From: an uncultured Thermodesulfobacteriota bacterium
Lineage (GTDB): Bacteria; Desulfobacterota; Desulfarculia; JACQYL01
NCBI GenBank assembly: GCA_964597345.1
Contig: CAZQXK010000077.1
Span: 668 to 17,522, forward strand
Direction of reading: 5' to 3'
DNA length: 16,855 bases
Shown in pieces: positions 8,532 through 15,245 of this stretch (position 1 is the first letter of the stretch; each line of letters opens with the position of its first letter). Made by a program: the position numbers and the translations under genes. Under the pieces are notes generated by a model, which made no database searches, was not told where the DNA came from, and saw nothing but the letters and a program-made list of their open reading frames with translations.

Positions 8532-10060
8532 GGGCGGTTTTCCCCCATCCAGCGATTATGGTTCGAGTTCGGCGAGGGGTCGTCCACGGCGCCCCGGGGC
8601 AAGGTGACGGTGAATACGCTGCCTTTTCCCGGCCGGCTGGCTACTTCGATGCGTCCGCCGTGATTTCGGATGATTCCGTGAGAAACCGAGAGTCCCAGTC
8701 CGGTTCCTTTGCCTACCGATTTCGTTGTGAAAAAGGGGTCGAATATATGGGGCATGACGTCGGGGGGGATGCCGCAACCGTTGTCTTCGATATGCACCGA
8801 AACCCAACCGTGATCGGCGCTTCTTGCCTTCACCGCTATCCGGCCTCCCTTTTCCACGGCATCCAGCGCGTTCAGCACCAGGTTCAAGAAAACCTGTTTT
8901 AATTGCTGCCGGTCTCCAACAATACGGGGCAGTTGGGGTTCAATGTGCAGTTCAATGGGTACCCCGCGAACCCGTGCCTGGTTGAAGGCCAGTTTGGTGG
9001 TTTCTTCCAGAAGTCGGCCGAGATCCAGGGAATGCATTATGGATTTGTTTTCCCGCGTGAAATCGAGAAGATTGTGGACAATAGCCCGTGAGCGGTCCGT
9101 TTCCTGGATGATGTCCTGGATCATCTGTGTATGTTCTTCCGGAGGCAGATGATCGTATTCCTCGAGCAGCGAATGGGCGGTCAGCATGATGTTGTTCAGT
9201 GGATTGTTCAGTTCGTGAGCCACGCCGGCGGTTAAGATGCCCACGGCCCTGAGTTTGTGGGATTCGATGAGGGACATCTGGCGTCTTTCGAGTTCCTTCA
9301 GCATGCGGTTGATGGCCACCTCCACCGTGGTGAATTCATCCCTGTACTTGCGCACCGGTTTGAGCGGCGTGAAGTCGCCTTTGGCGATGCGCCGGGTCTG
9401 TTGCACGAAGTCTTTCAGCGGCTGCATGAACCGGGTGGACAAGAAGCGGGCCATATACAGCATCAGAAAAAAGAGAAAGACCAGACAGTAAAGGGGCACT
9501 CTCTGTACCAGATCCAACCACCTGGAGACCAGTTCATGCTCTTTGGCGGCCAGAGCCGCCGCGTCCGACACCATTTTCGATCCATAACGCCGCAGGTCCA
9601 CCTCGATTTCGCCCTGAACCCCTGGTGGATTGTCCTCATGTTCAACGAGCCGCTCCAGCTTTTTCAGGCCGGCATGGTAGAGCTCCATGTTGCGGATGGT
9701 TTCTTCCTTTTGCCAGGGCATGGATATCACTTGCAAATCCGCGGCGTTCTCGCTCAGGATCGTTCGGGCTTTCTCCGTACTTTGAAGCGCGTCCTGCAAG
9801 TTGGTTCCATATAGAAAGTAATTTTTCTCCCAGCGACGGGCCTGTTCGATGTTGAACAGGAACTGCTCCCATGCCTGGATGGAACTGATCTTCTTTTCGA
9901 TTCGGTTGATGGCGAACATGGCGGCAGCGGTGATCAGAACGGATAGAATAAAGAAAGTGAAGAAGCCGAGAATGATCTGAAGGCGGAAATTGAAAATGGG
10001 CCTGCCGAGAAGTTCTTCTTCAGGCCCTGTGCGGGATGTTTCGACGGTTGCAAACCACAC
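8528..10060 (-). CDS. Transmembrane sensor histidine kinase (two TM segments with a periplasmic loop, HAMP-like linker, HisKA H-box, HATPase_c)
   Basis: H-box AHELNNPLNNI and N, G1 and G2 boxes (LNLVLNALDA, DNGCGIP, GKGTGLGLS) are present. Hydrophobic segments IILGFFTFFILSVLITAAAMFAI and LYCLVFLFFLMLYMARFL flank a ~150-aa loop. The ORF is open from an ATG at 10216, which would overlap the upstream receiver gene by 150 bp. I place the start at the GTG at 10060, 8 nt after the receiver stop. The start is low confidence. Confidence 0.8.
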   Translation of the reverse strand: MWFATVETSRTGPEEELLGRPIFNFRLQIILGFFTFFILSVLITAAAMFAINRIEKKISSIQAWEQFLFNIEQARRWEKNYFLYGTNLQDALQSTEKARTILSENAADLQVISMPWQKEETIRNMELYHAGLKKLERLVEHEDNPPGVQGEIEVDLRRYGSKMVSDAAALAAKEHELVSRWLDLVQRVPLYCLVFLFFLMLYMARFLSTRFMQPLKDFVQQTRRIAKGDFTPLKPVRKYRDEFTTVEVAINRMLKELERRQMSLIESHKLRAVGILTAGVAHELNNPLNNIMLTAHSLLEEYDHLPPEEHTQMIQDIIQETDRSRAIVHNLLDFTRENKSIMHSLDLGRLLEETTKLAFNQARVRGVPIELHIEPQLPRIVGDRQQLKQVFLNLVLNALDAVEKGGRIAVKARSADHGWVSVHIEDNGCGIPPDVMPHIFDPFFTTKSVGKGTGLGLSVSHGIIRNHGGRIEVASRPGKGSVFTVTLPRGAVDDPSPNSNHNRWMGENRP

Positions 10061-10065
10061 GATCG

Positions 10066-10491
10066 TCAGTGTTCCACTTCGGCGTTGCGCTGATCGCCCG
10101 GCTCGCCCTTTAGCGACGTAAACCCCATATCGTGGGCGGCGTTGGCCACCAGCGATCGGAGATCGCTGGGCCTGAAAGGCTTGGCGATCATATCGAAGGC
10201 GCCTTTTTCCATGCATTCCCTGGCCAGTGCAGCGGTGGCAAAGCCGGTGATGATGATCACCCGAGTGTCCGGACGGGCGGCTTTGGACGCTTCCAGCACC
10301 TGAATGCCGCTTACCTCGGGCATCATAACATCCGTGATGATGATATCAAAGTTCTTTTCCTTGATTCGGTCCAGAGCCTTCAGCGGGTCCTGGTATACCT
10401 CCACGCGGCATCCCAGCTTTTCCAGCCCGCCTTTAAGACGTTGCCCTACAATGGGCTCGTCATCGATCAATAGTATTTCGGGATAGATCAT
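10066..10491 (-). CDS. Single-domain response regulator (CheY-like receiver only)
   Basis: MIYPEILLIDDEP...IIITDVMMPEVSG...IIITG...AKPF has all canonical receiver residues. The ATG at 10491 is preceded by GGGGGACGGAA. The ORF-track start at 10578 lacks an RBS and adds 29 non-conserved aa. Confidence 0.85.
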   Translation of the reverse strand: MIYPEILLIDDEPIVGQRLKGGLEKLGCRVEVYQDPLKALDRIKEKNFDIIITDVMMPEVSGIQVLEASKAARPDTRVIIITGFATAALARECMEKGAFDMIAKPFRPSDLRSLVANAAHDMGFTSLKGEPGDQRNAEVEH

Positions 10492-10544
10492 TTCCGTCCC
10501 CCTATCTGCGTGACCGAATGGTTTCGTACAAGCCACAGTAATAC

Positions 10545-11318
10545 TTACACGCTGTTGAAATGAGTTCTGTCTTCGCACACCTCGACATAGTCGACGCCCT
10601 CCATCCGCATAACCGATTCCTTGAGGGCCAAAGCCTTTTTCTGTTGGCTCTTTTTGAGCGCCCGCGAATACAGATAAACCAGACCGTCATGGGCTTTTAT
10701 CTCCACGTCCGGTACGTCGTCCACCAGGGCGGTCTTAATCCTGGAGGCCAATTCCAGGTTGCTCATGGAGTTCACGGAATAGGTCATGGGTTTGAACCGT
10801 TTCTGCTGCAATGTGCTCCGAATAATGTCGGATCCTTCTTTGGTATCCATGTGGGCCAGATTCAGTGTCAGATCATACAGGTTGGGATCCTCCATTCCCG
10901 CATGGTACACTTGCTTGAACCACTTGAGAACCTGATTGCCGGACCGGGTTGGAGAAGGAGGCTCGGCGCCGTACCCGTGATGGAGCAAAACCAGGACCTT
11001 TAAGACATGAGATATTTCATGGAAAATAGGATAGCCCAAATATCCGCAGAATACAAGTTCATTGCCCTTCATGAGTTCACAGAGCTTCTGCTCCAACAAG
11101 GCAATGTGTTTCATCTTCTCCTTCGGAAAGAGCCGGTGCCTCAGTGTGCGATCCTGCAGCGCACGAGACAAATCCGACTTAGACGTGTTAAACGTATCCG
11201 CGGTGGCTTTCACCAAGTCGTCCATAAGTACCAGGCGATATCCCAGCTGGTTCGCCGTGTGTTCGGCTATGACTTCGCTTTCCTTGCTATGTTGTGATAA
11301 TATGGCAACAATTGACAT
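10545..11318 (-). CDS. Cytidylate-kinase-like family (PF13189-type, degenerate P-loop) protein with a C-terminal BON domain. Function unknown.
   Basis: The N-terminus MSIVAILSQHSKESEVIAEHTANQLGYRLV follows the CMK-like pattern (I-S-x-x-x-S-x-x-x-I-A-x-x-L-A-x-x-L-G-Y) but lacks an intact GxxxxGK. The C-terminus (LELASRIKTALVDDVPDVEIKAHDGLVYLYSRALKKSQ...ESVMRMEGVDYVEV) looks like a BON domain. RBS AGAGAGGT lies 8 nt upstream. The family assignment is from memory of the motif, not a search. Confidence 0.5.
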   Translation of the reverse strand: MSIVAILSQHSKESEVIAEHTANQLGYRLVLMDDLVKATADTFNTSKSDLSRALQDRTLRHRLFPKEKMKHIALLEQKLCELMKGNELVFCGYLGYPIFHEISHVLKVLVLLHHGYGAEPPSPTRSGNQVLKWFKQVYHAGMEDPNLYDLTLNLAHMDTKEGSDIIRSTLQQKRFKPMTYSVNSMSNLELASRIKTALVDDVPDVEIKAHDGLVYLYSRALKKSQQKKALALKESVMRMEGVDYVEVCEDRTHFNSV

Positions 11319-11342
11319 GGATATACCTCTCTTGTCTTGGAC

Positions 11343-13151
11343 TCATATTCCATAAAATAGTACCAGCATTGCTATAAGTATCACGATAAAGATGACGGAC
11401 ATCAATCCCCCGGCCTTCATGAAATCAATGCTTCGGTAGCGGCCTGGTCCCATGTATAAAGCGTTCACTTGGTGGGTGGGCAATATGAACGAGTTGGACG
11501 TCGCCAGACCGACGACCAGCGCGGCCATGCGGGGGTCCGTTCCGCTGGCCAGAGCCATGTTGACCACTAGGGGGACGAGCAGAACGGTGGCTCCCACATT
11601 GGATATGACCAGAGTAAAAAATGTGGCCAGAAGGGCGACGGCCGTCAGAAGACCCACGGGGGACACCTGGCCGATCATGCCGAGGATCGTCTGGGCGATC
11701 CAGCCGGCGGCTCCTGATTTTTGCGTGGCGATACCTAAGGGAATCAGGCCGGCGAGCAGGAAAACCGTCCTCCAGTCCACGGCCTGGTACGCTTCGTCGA
11801 TGGTGAGGACCCGGAACAGGATCATGCCGAAGGCCCCGGTCATGAGGCTTACGGACAGTTGAATCTTGAATACAATGATCATGATCAGCGCCACTCCGAA
11901 CCAGAGACCCGCCGCCATGGCTTTTTCAGGCTTCATCACTTCTCCCACGGGAGTGGTGAAGATGAAATTGTGCTTTTCTTCCAGGATCTTGAATCGATCC
12001 CAGCCGCCCTCGAGCACCAGCGAGTCGCCGGAGCGCAACACCATACTGGACAAGCCGCTCAGGAACACCTGGTCGGCTCGGTACAGGGCCACCGGGTTGA
12101 CTTGATACTGCTCCCAAAAATGGACTTCCCTCAGCGTTTTACCGATCAGTTCCGAACGCGGCGCCACCACGGCTTCCAGGATCCCAAAACGCTCCTGAGC
12201 AAAATCGTCTTTGAATATTTTTAATGCCTCCTTGATTTCCATACCGTAGTCGGTCGCCAGGGCTTCGACATTTTCTTTCTTGCCGAAAACCGCCAGGTCG
12301 GCGTTGTCGCGAATTTCGAAATCCGGCGGCAGCGTCATCATTTTCAAATGGTCCCTGCCGCAGAAGGCCACCACGTTGACATGATACGTGTCCCGCAAAT
12401 GTTTGACCGAGATGGGATCACGGAAGGCGCTGAAATCGGGCGGCGTGCGTAATTCGTAGACCTCTCCCAGGTCCTCATAGGCGGTTGCGGCGGTGGGCTG
12501 GGGTGCTTTCTGATCCCCGGCGGCGGCTTTAGGGAGGACCAGACGGCCGAAAACAATGAAAGAGGCGATGCCCCCAATGACCAGCGCCGCGCCGATAGGA
12601 GTGACGTCGAACAGGCCGAAGGGTTTCAGGTTAAAGGGAATCAACAGGTCATTGAGCAGGATCAGCGGGCTGGAGCCCACGAGGGTGAGGGTTCCTCCCA
12701 GAATGGCGCAGAATCCGATGGGCATCAGCATCTGGGGCAGCGGCAGCCTCATGGAACTGCTGACCCGCCGGATGGCGGGGAGGAACAAAGCGGCCGCGCC
12801 GATATTCTGCATGAAACTCGAAATTCCCGCCACGGTGGCTCCCATGGCGATGATCACCCGGGAAGCGCTGTTGCCGGCAATCCGCACGACCGGTGTCACT
12901 ACACGATTGATGAGGCCGGTCTTGTCCAAACCGGCGCCGATAATGATCACGGCGATAATGGAAATCACCGCGTTACTGCTGAATCCCGAAAAGGCTTCCT
13001 TGGGGGTCACCAGGCTCAGGACGGGCAGGAGCACGGTCATTAGGATAGCCACCATGTCCACACGAATCCATTCCACAATGAACAGGAAAACAGCCAGCCC
13101 GATAATTCCTAAAACCATGAGAATCTCAGTGTTCAGCTCGATAGGTTCCAT
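11343..13151 (-). CDS. SLC13/DASS-family anion permease with two central cytoplasmic TrkA-C (RCK_C) domains (E. coli YfbS-like architecture)
   Basis: 602 aa. N- and C-terminal polytopic halves carry SN-type hairpin motifs (GATVAGISSFMQNIGAA; ATSNSFILPTHQVNA). Between them are two ~80-aa TrkA-C-like beta-rich segments (…GKTLREVHFWEQYQVNPVALYRADQVF…LRSGDSLVLEG…). The start overlaps the upstream usp stop by 19 bp. Confidence 0.85.
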   Translation of the reverse strand: MEPIELNTEILMVLGIIGLAVFLFIVEWIRVDMVAILMTVLLPVLSLVTPKEAFSGFSSNAVISIIAVIIIGAGLDKTGLINRVVTPVVRIAGNSASRVIIAMGATVAGISSFMQNIGAAALFLPAIRRVSSSMRLPLPQMLMPIGFCAILGGTLTLVGSSPLILLNDLLIPFNLKPFGLFDVTPIGAALVIGGIASFIVFGRLVLPKAAAGDQKAPQPTAATAYEDLGEVYELRTPPDFSAFRDPISVKHLRDTYHVNVVAFCGRDHLKMMTLPPDFEIRDNADLAVFGKKENVEALATDYGMEIKEALKIFKDDFAQERFGILEAVVAPRSELIGKTLREVHFWEQYQVNPVALYRADQVFLSGLSSMVLRSGDSLVLEGGWDRFKILEEKHNFIFTTPVGEVMKPEKAMAAGLWFGVALIMIIVFKIQLSVSLMTGAFGMILFRVLTIDEAYQAVDWRTVFLLAGLIPLGIATQKSGAAGWIAQTILGMIGQVSPVGLLTAVALLATFFTLVISNVGATVLLVPLVVNMALASGTDPRMAALVVGLATSNSFILPTHQVNALYMGPGRYRSIDFMKAGGLMSVIFIVILIAMLVLFYGI

Positions 13152-13615
13152 AGCGGGTCATGTTCCTTTGCTTTGGGTTTGACGGCCAAGATGCGACAAT
13201 GGGTCAACTGAAGCAGCAGCTTTGCATCCTGAAGAGTCTTTGCATGGGCGGTGTCGTCAGAGTCATCGGAAACCCCGAGGATAATCTGGTCGATGTGGTA
13301 TTCCCGGACAAACTGCCGGACTTCTTGAATAAAATCACCACTCCGGCAGTCCGTGTGAATGTGCAGTCCGGCCGTCGTCCCTGCTTGGGCAATCTGGGAT
13401 TCGACGATTTGCCGGATGGTTGCCTGCAACGACGGATTCTCCGTTTCCGCCTGTTCGCTGAAATCGGCGGATTCAGCGGCAGGAGCAACCGTCGGATCTT
13501 GCACAAAAAGGAAGAAGAAACTGCCTCCGTTACGCTTGCCGAATTCCAGGGCGAAGCGAACGGCCGCCAAAGCGGTTCTCGTCAATTCTTTGATGGGTAT
13601 CAGAAAACCCGCCAC
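13133..13615 (-). CDS. Universal stress protein (UspA) family protein
   Basis: The Usp-like fold signature is FLIPIKELTRTALAAVRFALEFG...GDFIQEVRQFVREYHIDQIILGVSDD. The ORF-track start at 13633 is a TTG with no RBS. The GTG at 13615 is preceded by AGGAGA (AGGAGATAATGTG). No ATG is present in the frame. Confidence 0.65.
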   Translation of the reverse strand: MAGFLIPIKELTRTALAAVRFALEFGKRNGGSFFFLFVQDPTVAPAAESADFSEQAETENPSLQATIRQIVESQIAQAGTTAGLHIHTDCRSGDFIQEVRQFVREYHIDQIILGVSDDSDDTAHAKTLQDAKLLLQLTHCRILAVKPKAKEHDPLWNLSS

Positions 13616-13678
13616 ATTATCTCCTGAATGCAATCACTGAACGTACTTACCGGTCACGTCCATCGACGGAAATTGCAG

Positions 13679-13698
13679 CTTACAAGAAGCGTTCCATT
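13679..13698 (-). promoter_or_regulatory. Weak sigma54-like -24/-12 candidate (TGGAACG-N4-TTGTA) ~75 bp upstream of usp
   Basis: The minus-strand reading AATGGAACGCTTCTTGTAAG has the GG and the spacing of TGGCACG-N4-TTGCW, but GT replaces the conserved GC at -12. A sigma54 activator is encoded in the same gene string. Confidence 0.2.
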
Positions 13699-13703
13699 CA
13701 TTA

Positions 13704-13806
13704 TTTTTCCTTAGCCGTTGAAAAACGCGATCTGCTGTCACGCCAACGGCGTGACGCTTGCGCCTTCGTCATTGCGGCGTACTGGTTGTACGCCTCATTC
13801 CTCAGG
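13704..13806. repeat. Copy 1 of a duplicated intergenic element (core GCCGTTGAAAAACGCGATCTGC...TTGCGGCGTAC-TGGTT-GTACGCCTCATTCCTCAGGATTCGCGCGC), upstream of usp and downstream of the orphan receiver
   Basis: Near-identical to 14470..14560 over both ends. Copy 1 carries an extra perfectly palindromic insertion, GTCACGCC-AACG-GCGTGAC. Weaker similarity continues ~60 bp further, to about 13860. Confidence 0.7.
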
Positions 13807-14004
13807 ATTCGCGCGCTTTGTATGTCGTTTTGCATCGGCCTGCCCGCAATACGGCGTATCAACGGCTGTTGGATGGGGGGTCTTAGCGGCGGGCGGGAAT
13901 GCGGCGGATGGAGTGATGTTTCAATATGATACTGAACGTTCTCGGAGCGTCATTGTTTCGTTTCGGAAGGAAACGGAAGGGGCGCGCCATGGGGAACGGC
14001 TTTC

Positions 14005-14433
14005 TCATTTGAGATGTTTCGAAGGTCTCGAACGGGAGTCTTTGGGCTCAGGGTGTTCCGTTTTGAAACGCCTTTGCTCGAGCGCGTCATGCATACAGAC
14101 CATCAGGGTGTCCAAGTGGATCGGTTTCAGCAAAAAGTGCACGGCCCCGAGCTGAATTCCTTCCAGGCCGGTGTTCACGGAAGTGGCGCCGGTGAGGATG
14201 ATGACCTCCGTCAGCGGTTTGCGTTTCTTGATCTCTTTCAGCACCGAAATACCGTCTATGCCGGGCATGAGAACATCCAATAACACGATGTCGAAATCCA
14301 TTTGTTCCAGCAATTCAAGAGCCGCCAAGCCGTCCGCCGCCGTCGAAACCCGGTAGCCTCGCTTTTCCAGCAGTCGGGTCAGGTACTTGCGGACGTACTC
14401 TTCATCGTCGACGACCATGACTACGGGGTGCAT
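14005..14433 (-). CDS. Orphan single-domain response regulator (CheY-like receiver)
   Basis: MHPVVMVVDDEEYVRKYL...IVLLDVLMPGIDG...ILTG...LKP has a complete receiver signature. RBS AAGGAG lies 6 nt upstream of the ATG. Confidence 0.85.
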   Translation of the reverse strand: MHPVVMVVDDEEYVRKYLTRLLEKRGYRVSTAADGLAALELLEQMDFDIVLLDVLMPGIDGISVLKEIKKRKPLTEVIILTGATSVNTGLEGIQLGAVHFLLKPIHLDTLMVCMHDALEQRRFKTEHPEPKDSRSRPSKHLK

Positions 14434-14469
14434 AGGGACTCCTTGTCGTTGGGCGTTCTTTCATGGCAG

Positions 14470-14560
14470 GCCGTTGAAAAACGCGATCTGCGTCGTTGCG
14501 CTTCATCCTTCGTCCTTGCGGCGTACGGGTTGTACGCCTCATTCCTCAGGATTCGCGCGC
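14470..14560. repeat. Copy 2 of the duplicated intergenic element, 35-125 bp upstream of the orphan receiver start
   Basis: Shares GCCGTTGAAAAACGCGATCTGC and TTGCGGCGTAC-GGGTT-GTACGCCTCATTCCTCAGGATTCGCGCGC with copy 1. The 7-bp inverted repeat GGCGTAC/GTACGCC is preserved with a different loop base. Confidence 0.7.
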
Positions 14561-14782
14561 CTGGCATCTCATCGTTTTTCACCATCCTGCCCGGATAGCT
14601 GTTTCTCAACGGGCTGACAGCGGGCTGATGAAACACTCGATCCGCGGTCGGGCCAACGTCGTGGCTTGAACCACGTTGTCTTGTAGCAGCCGCCCGCAAT
14701 GCTGTCTGACCACGGGCGCCAAGGCCGGTCCCCAGGAGCACGGGAGCGCAGAGCCGAGTGGTGTCGGCCCATGGATGGAAGC

Positions 14783-14876
14783 AGTTTCATACTGAAACAG
14801 ACTTTTCCTCTTCTTACCCGATCTGTTTGAAACAATGCGTGGATATCGTCCCCGGGCTGTGTTTCATACTGAAACA
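14783..14876. promoter_or_regulatory. Array of three palindromic sites (TGTTTCA-TAC-TGAAACA, TGTTT-G-AAACA, TGTTTCA-TAC-TGAAACA) with centres ~39 bp apart. Candidate operator/UAS array.
   Basis: AGTTTCATACTGAAACA lies at 14783-14799, TGTTTGAAACA at 14825-14835 and TGTTTCATACTGAAACA at 14860-14876. The outer two are identical 16-mers and the middle is a deletion variant. They sit in a 790-bp ORF-poor region. Confidence 0.4.
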
Positions 14877-14916
14877 AGAAGTCTCAGCCCTTCTCCGTAT
14901 CGGGTGTTTCGCGGCC

Positions 14917-15245
14917 TATAATAGGTTGTTTGGGTCGCCGAAACAACGCACAATGAATCCTGCCTTCGGTCAAGCAAATATGATGCCGGAATCCGCAAGG
15001 GGGGAGAACTGGACCGAAGGATGGTGAATTTGGGCTCGTGGGCGTAAGTCCGCGGGGGGGACGGAGACGGCCAAAGGAACGGAGTTCGACGACGTAAACG
15101 GATACACTTGGCGGATAAAGAAGAGGGCCGAGAGCGGACCGTCGAAAAGCAGTGAGATGCAGAGCACCCGAATTCCTAATAATAAGGTGTAGATACGGTA
15201 TGTCGAATTGGGTCAAAAAGAGCGGCCACGCCGCAGGCGTGGCCT
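14917..15245 (+). ncRNA. Speculative small RNA: consensus -10 TATAAT at 14917-14922 downstream of the palindrome array, ending at the 15224-15245 hairpin
   Basis: There is no credible ORF in 14434-15267. A perfect TATAAT sits ~40 bp after the last palindrome. Paired segments include TTCGACG (15087-15093) with CGTCGAA (15146-15152), and GTTTCGCGGC...GGTCGCCGAAAC. The hairpin GGCCACGCC-GCAG-GCGTGGCC lies at the 3' end. Strand and ends are uncertain. Confidence 0.2.
15211..15245 (-). terminator. Rho-independent terminator of the small secreted protein gene (hairpin GGCCACGCC-NNNN-GGCGTGGCC followed on the minus strand by GCTCTTTTTG)
   Basis: A perfect 9-bp GC stem sits 24 nt past the TGA of the 15268..15636 gene. 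A T5 tract follows on the minus strand. Confidence 0.6.

Noticed and set aside
7803-8663. 286-aa plus-strand ORF
   Set aside because: It is antisense to the sigma54 activator, which has unambiguous Walker A and GAFTGA motifs.
9257-9814. 185-aa plus-strand ORF
   Set aside because: It is antisense to the histidine kinase. There are no motifs.
12556-13182. 208-aa plus-strand ORF
   Set aside because: It is antisense to the SLC13 permease. The composition (Met/Arg/Thr-rich) mirrors the hydrophobic codons of the opposite strand.
14559-14582. Sigma54 promoter-like TGGCAT...TTTTT on the plus strand
   Set aside because: There is no GC at the -12 position at the required spacing. The orientation points away from any plus-strand gene.
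14599-14950. Possible CRISPR array, because GTTTC...GAAAC resembles CRISPR repeat termini
   Set aside because: The repeated unit is only 16-17 bp and there are three copies with ~22-bp intervening sequence. The other GTTTC/GAAAC pairs are inverted, not direct repeats. There is no regular 24-48-bp repeat with unique spacers and no cas genes.
14960-15220. Known structured RNAs (RNase P, tmRNA, SRP) suggested by GTAAGTCCGCGGG and GGTGAA strings
   Set aside because: Motif order and sequences do not match the conserved cores. There is no GGAAAGUCCGGGCUCC with a following AGGGUGAAA...GGUAAGAGCGCACC, no tRNA-like 3' end, and no SRP domain-IV GGAAGCAGC. This cannot be confirmed without a covariance-model search.
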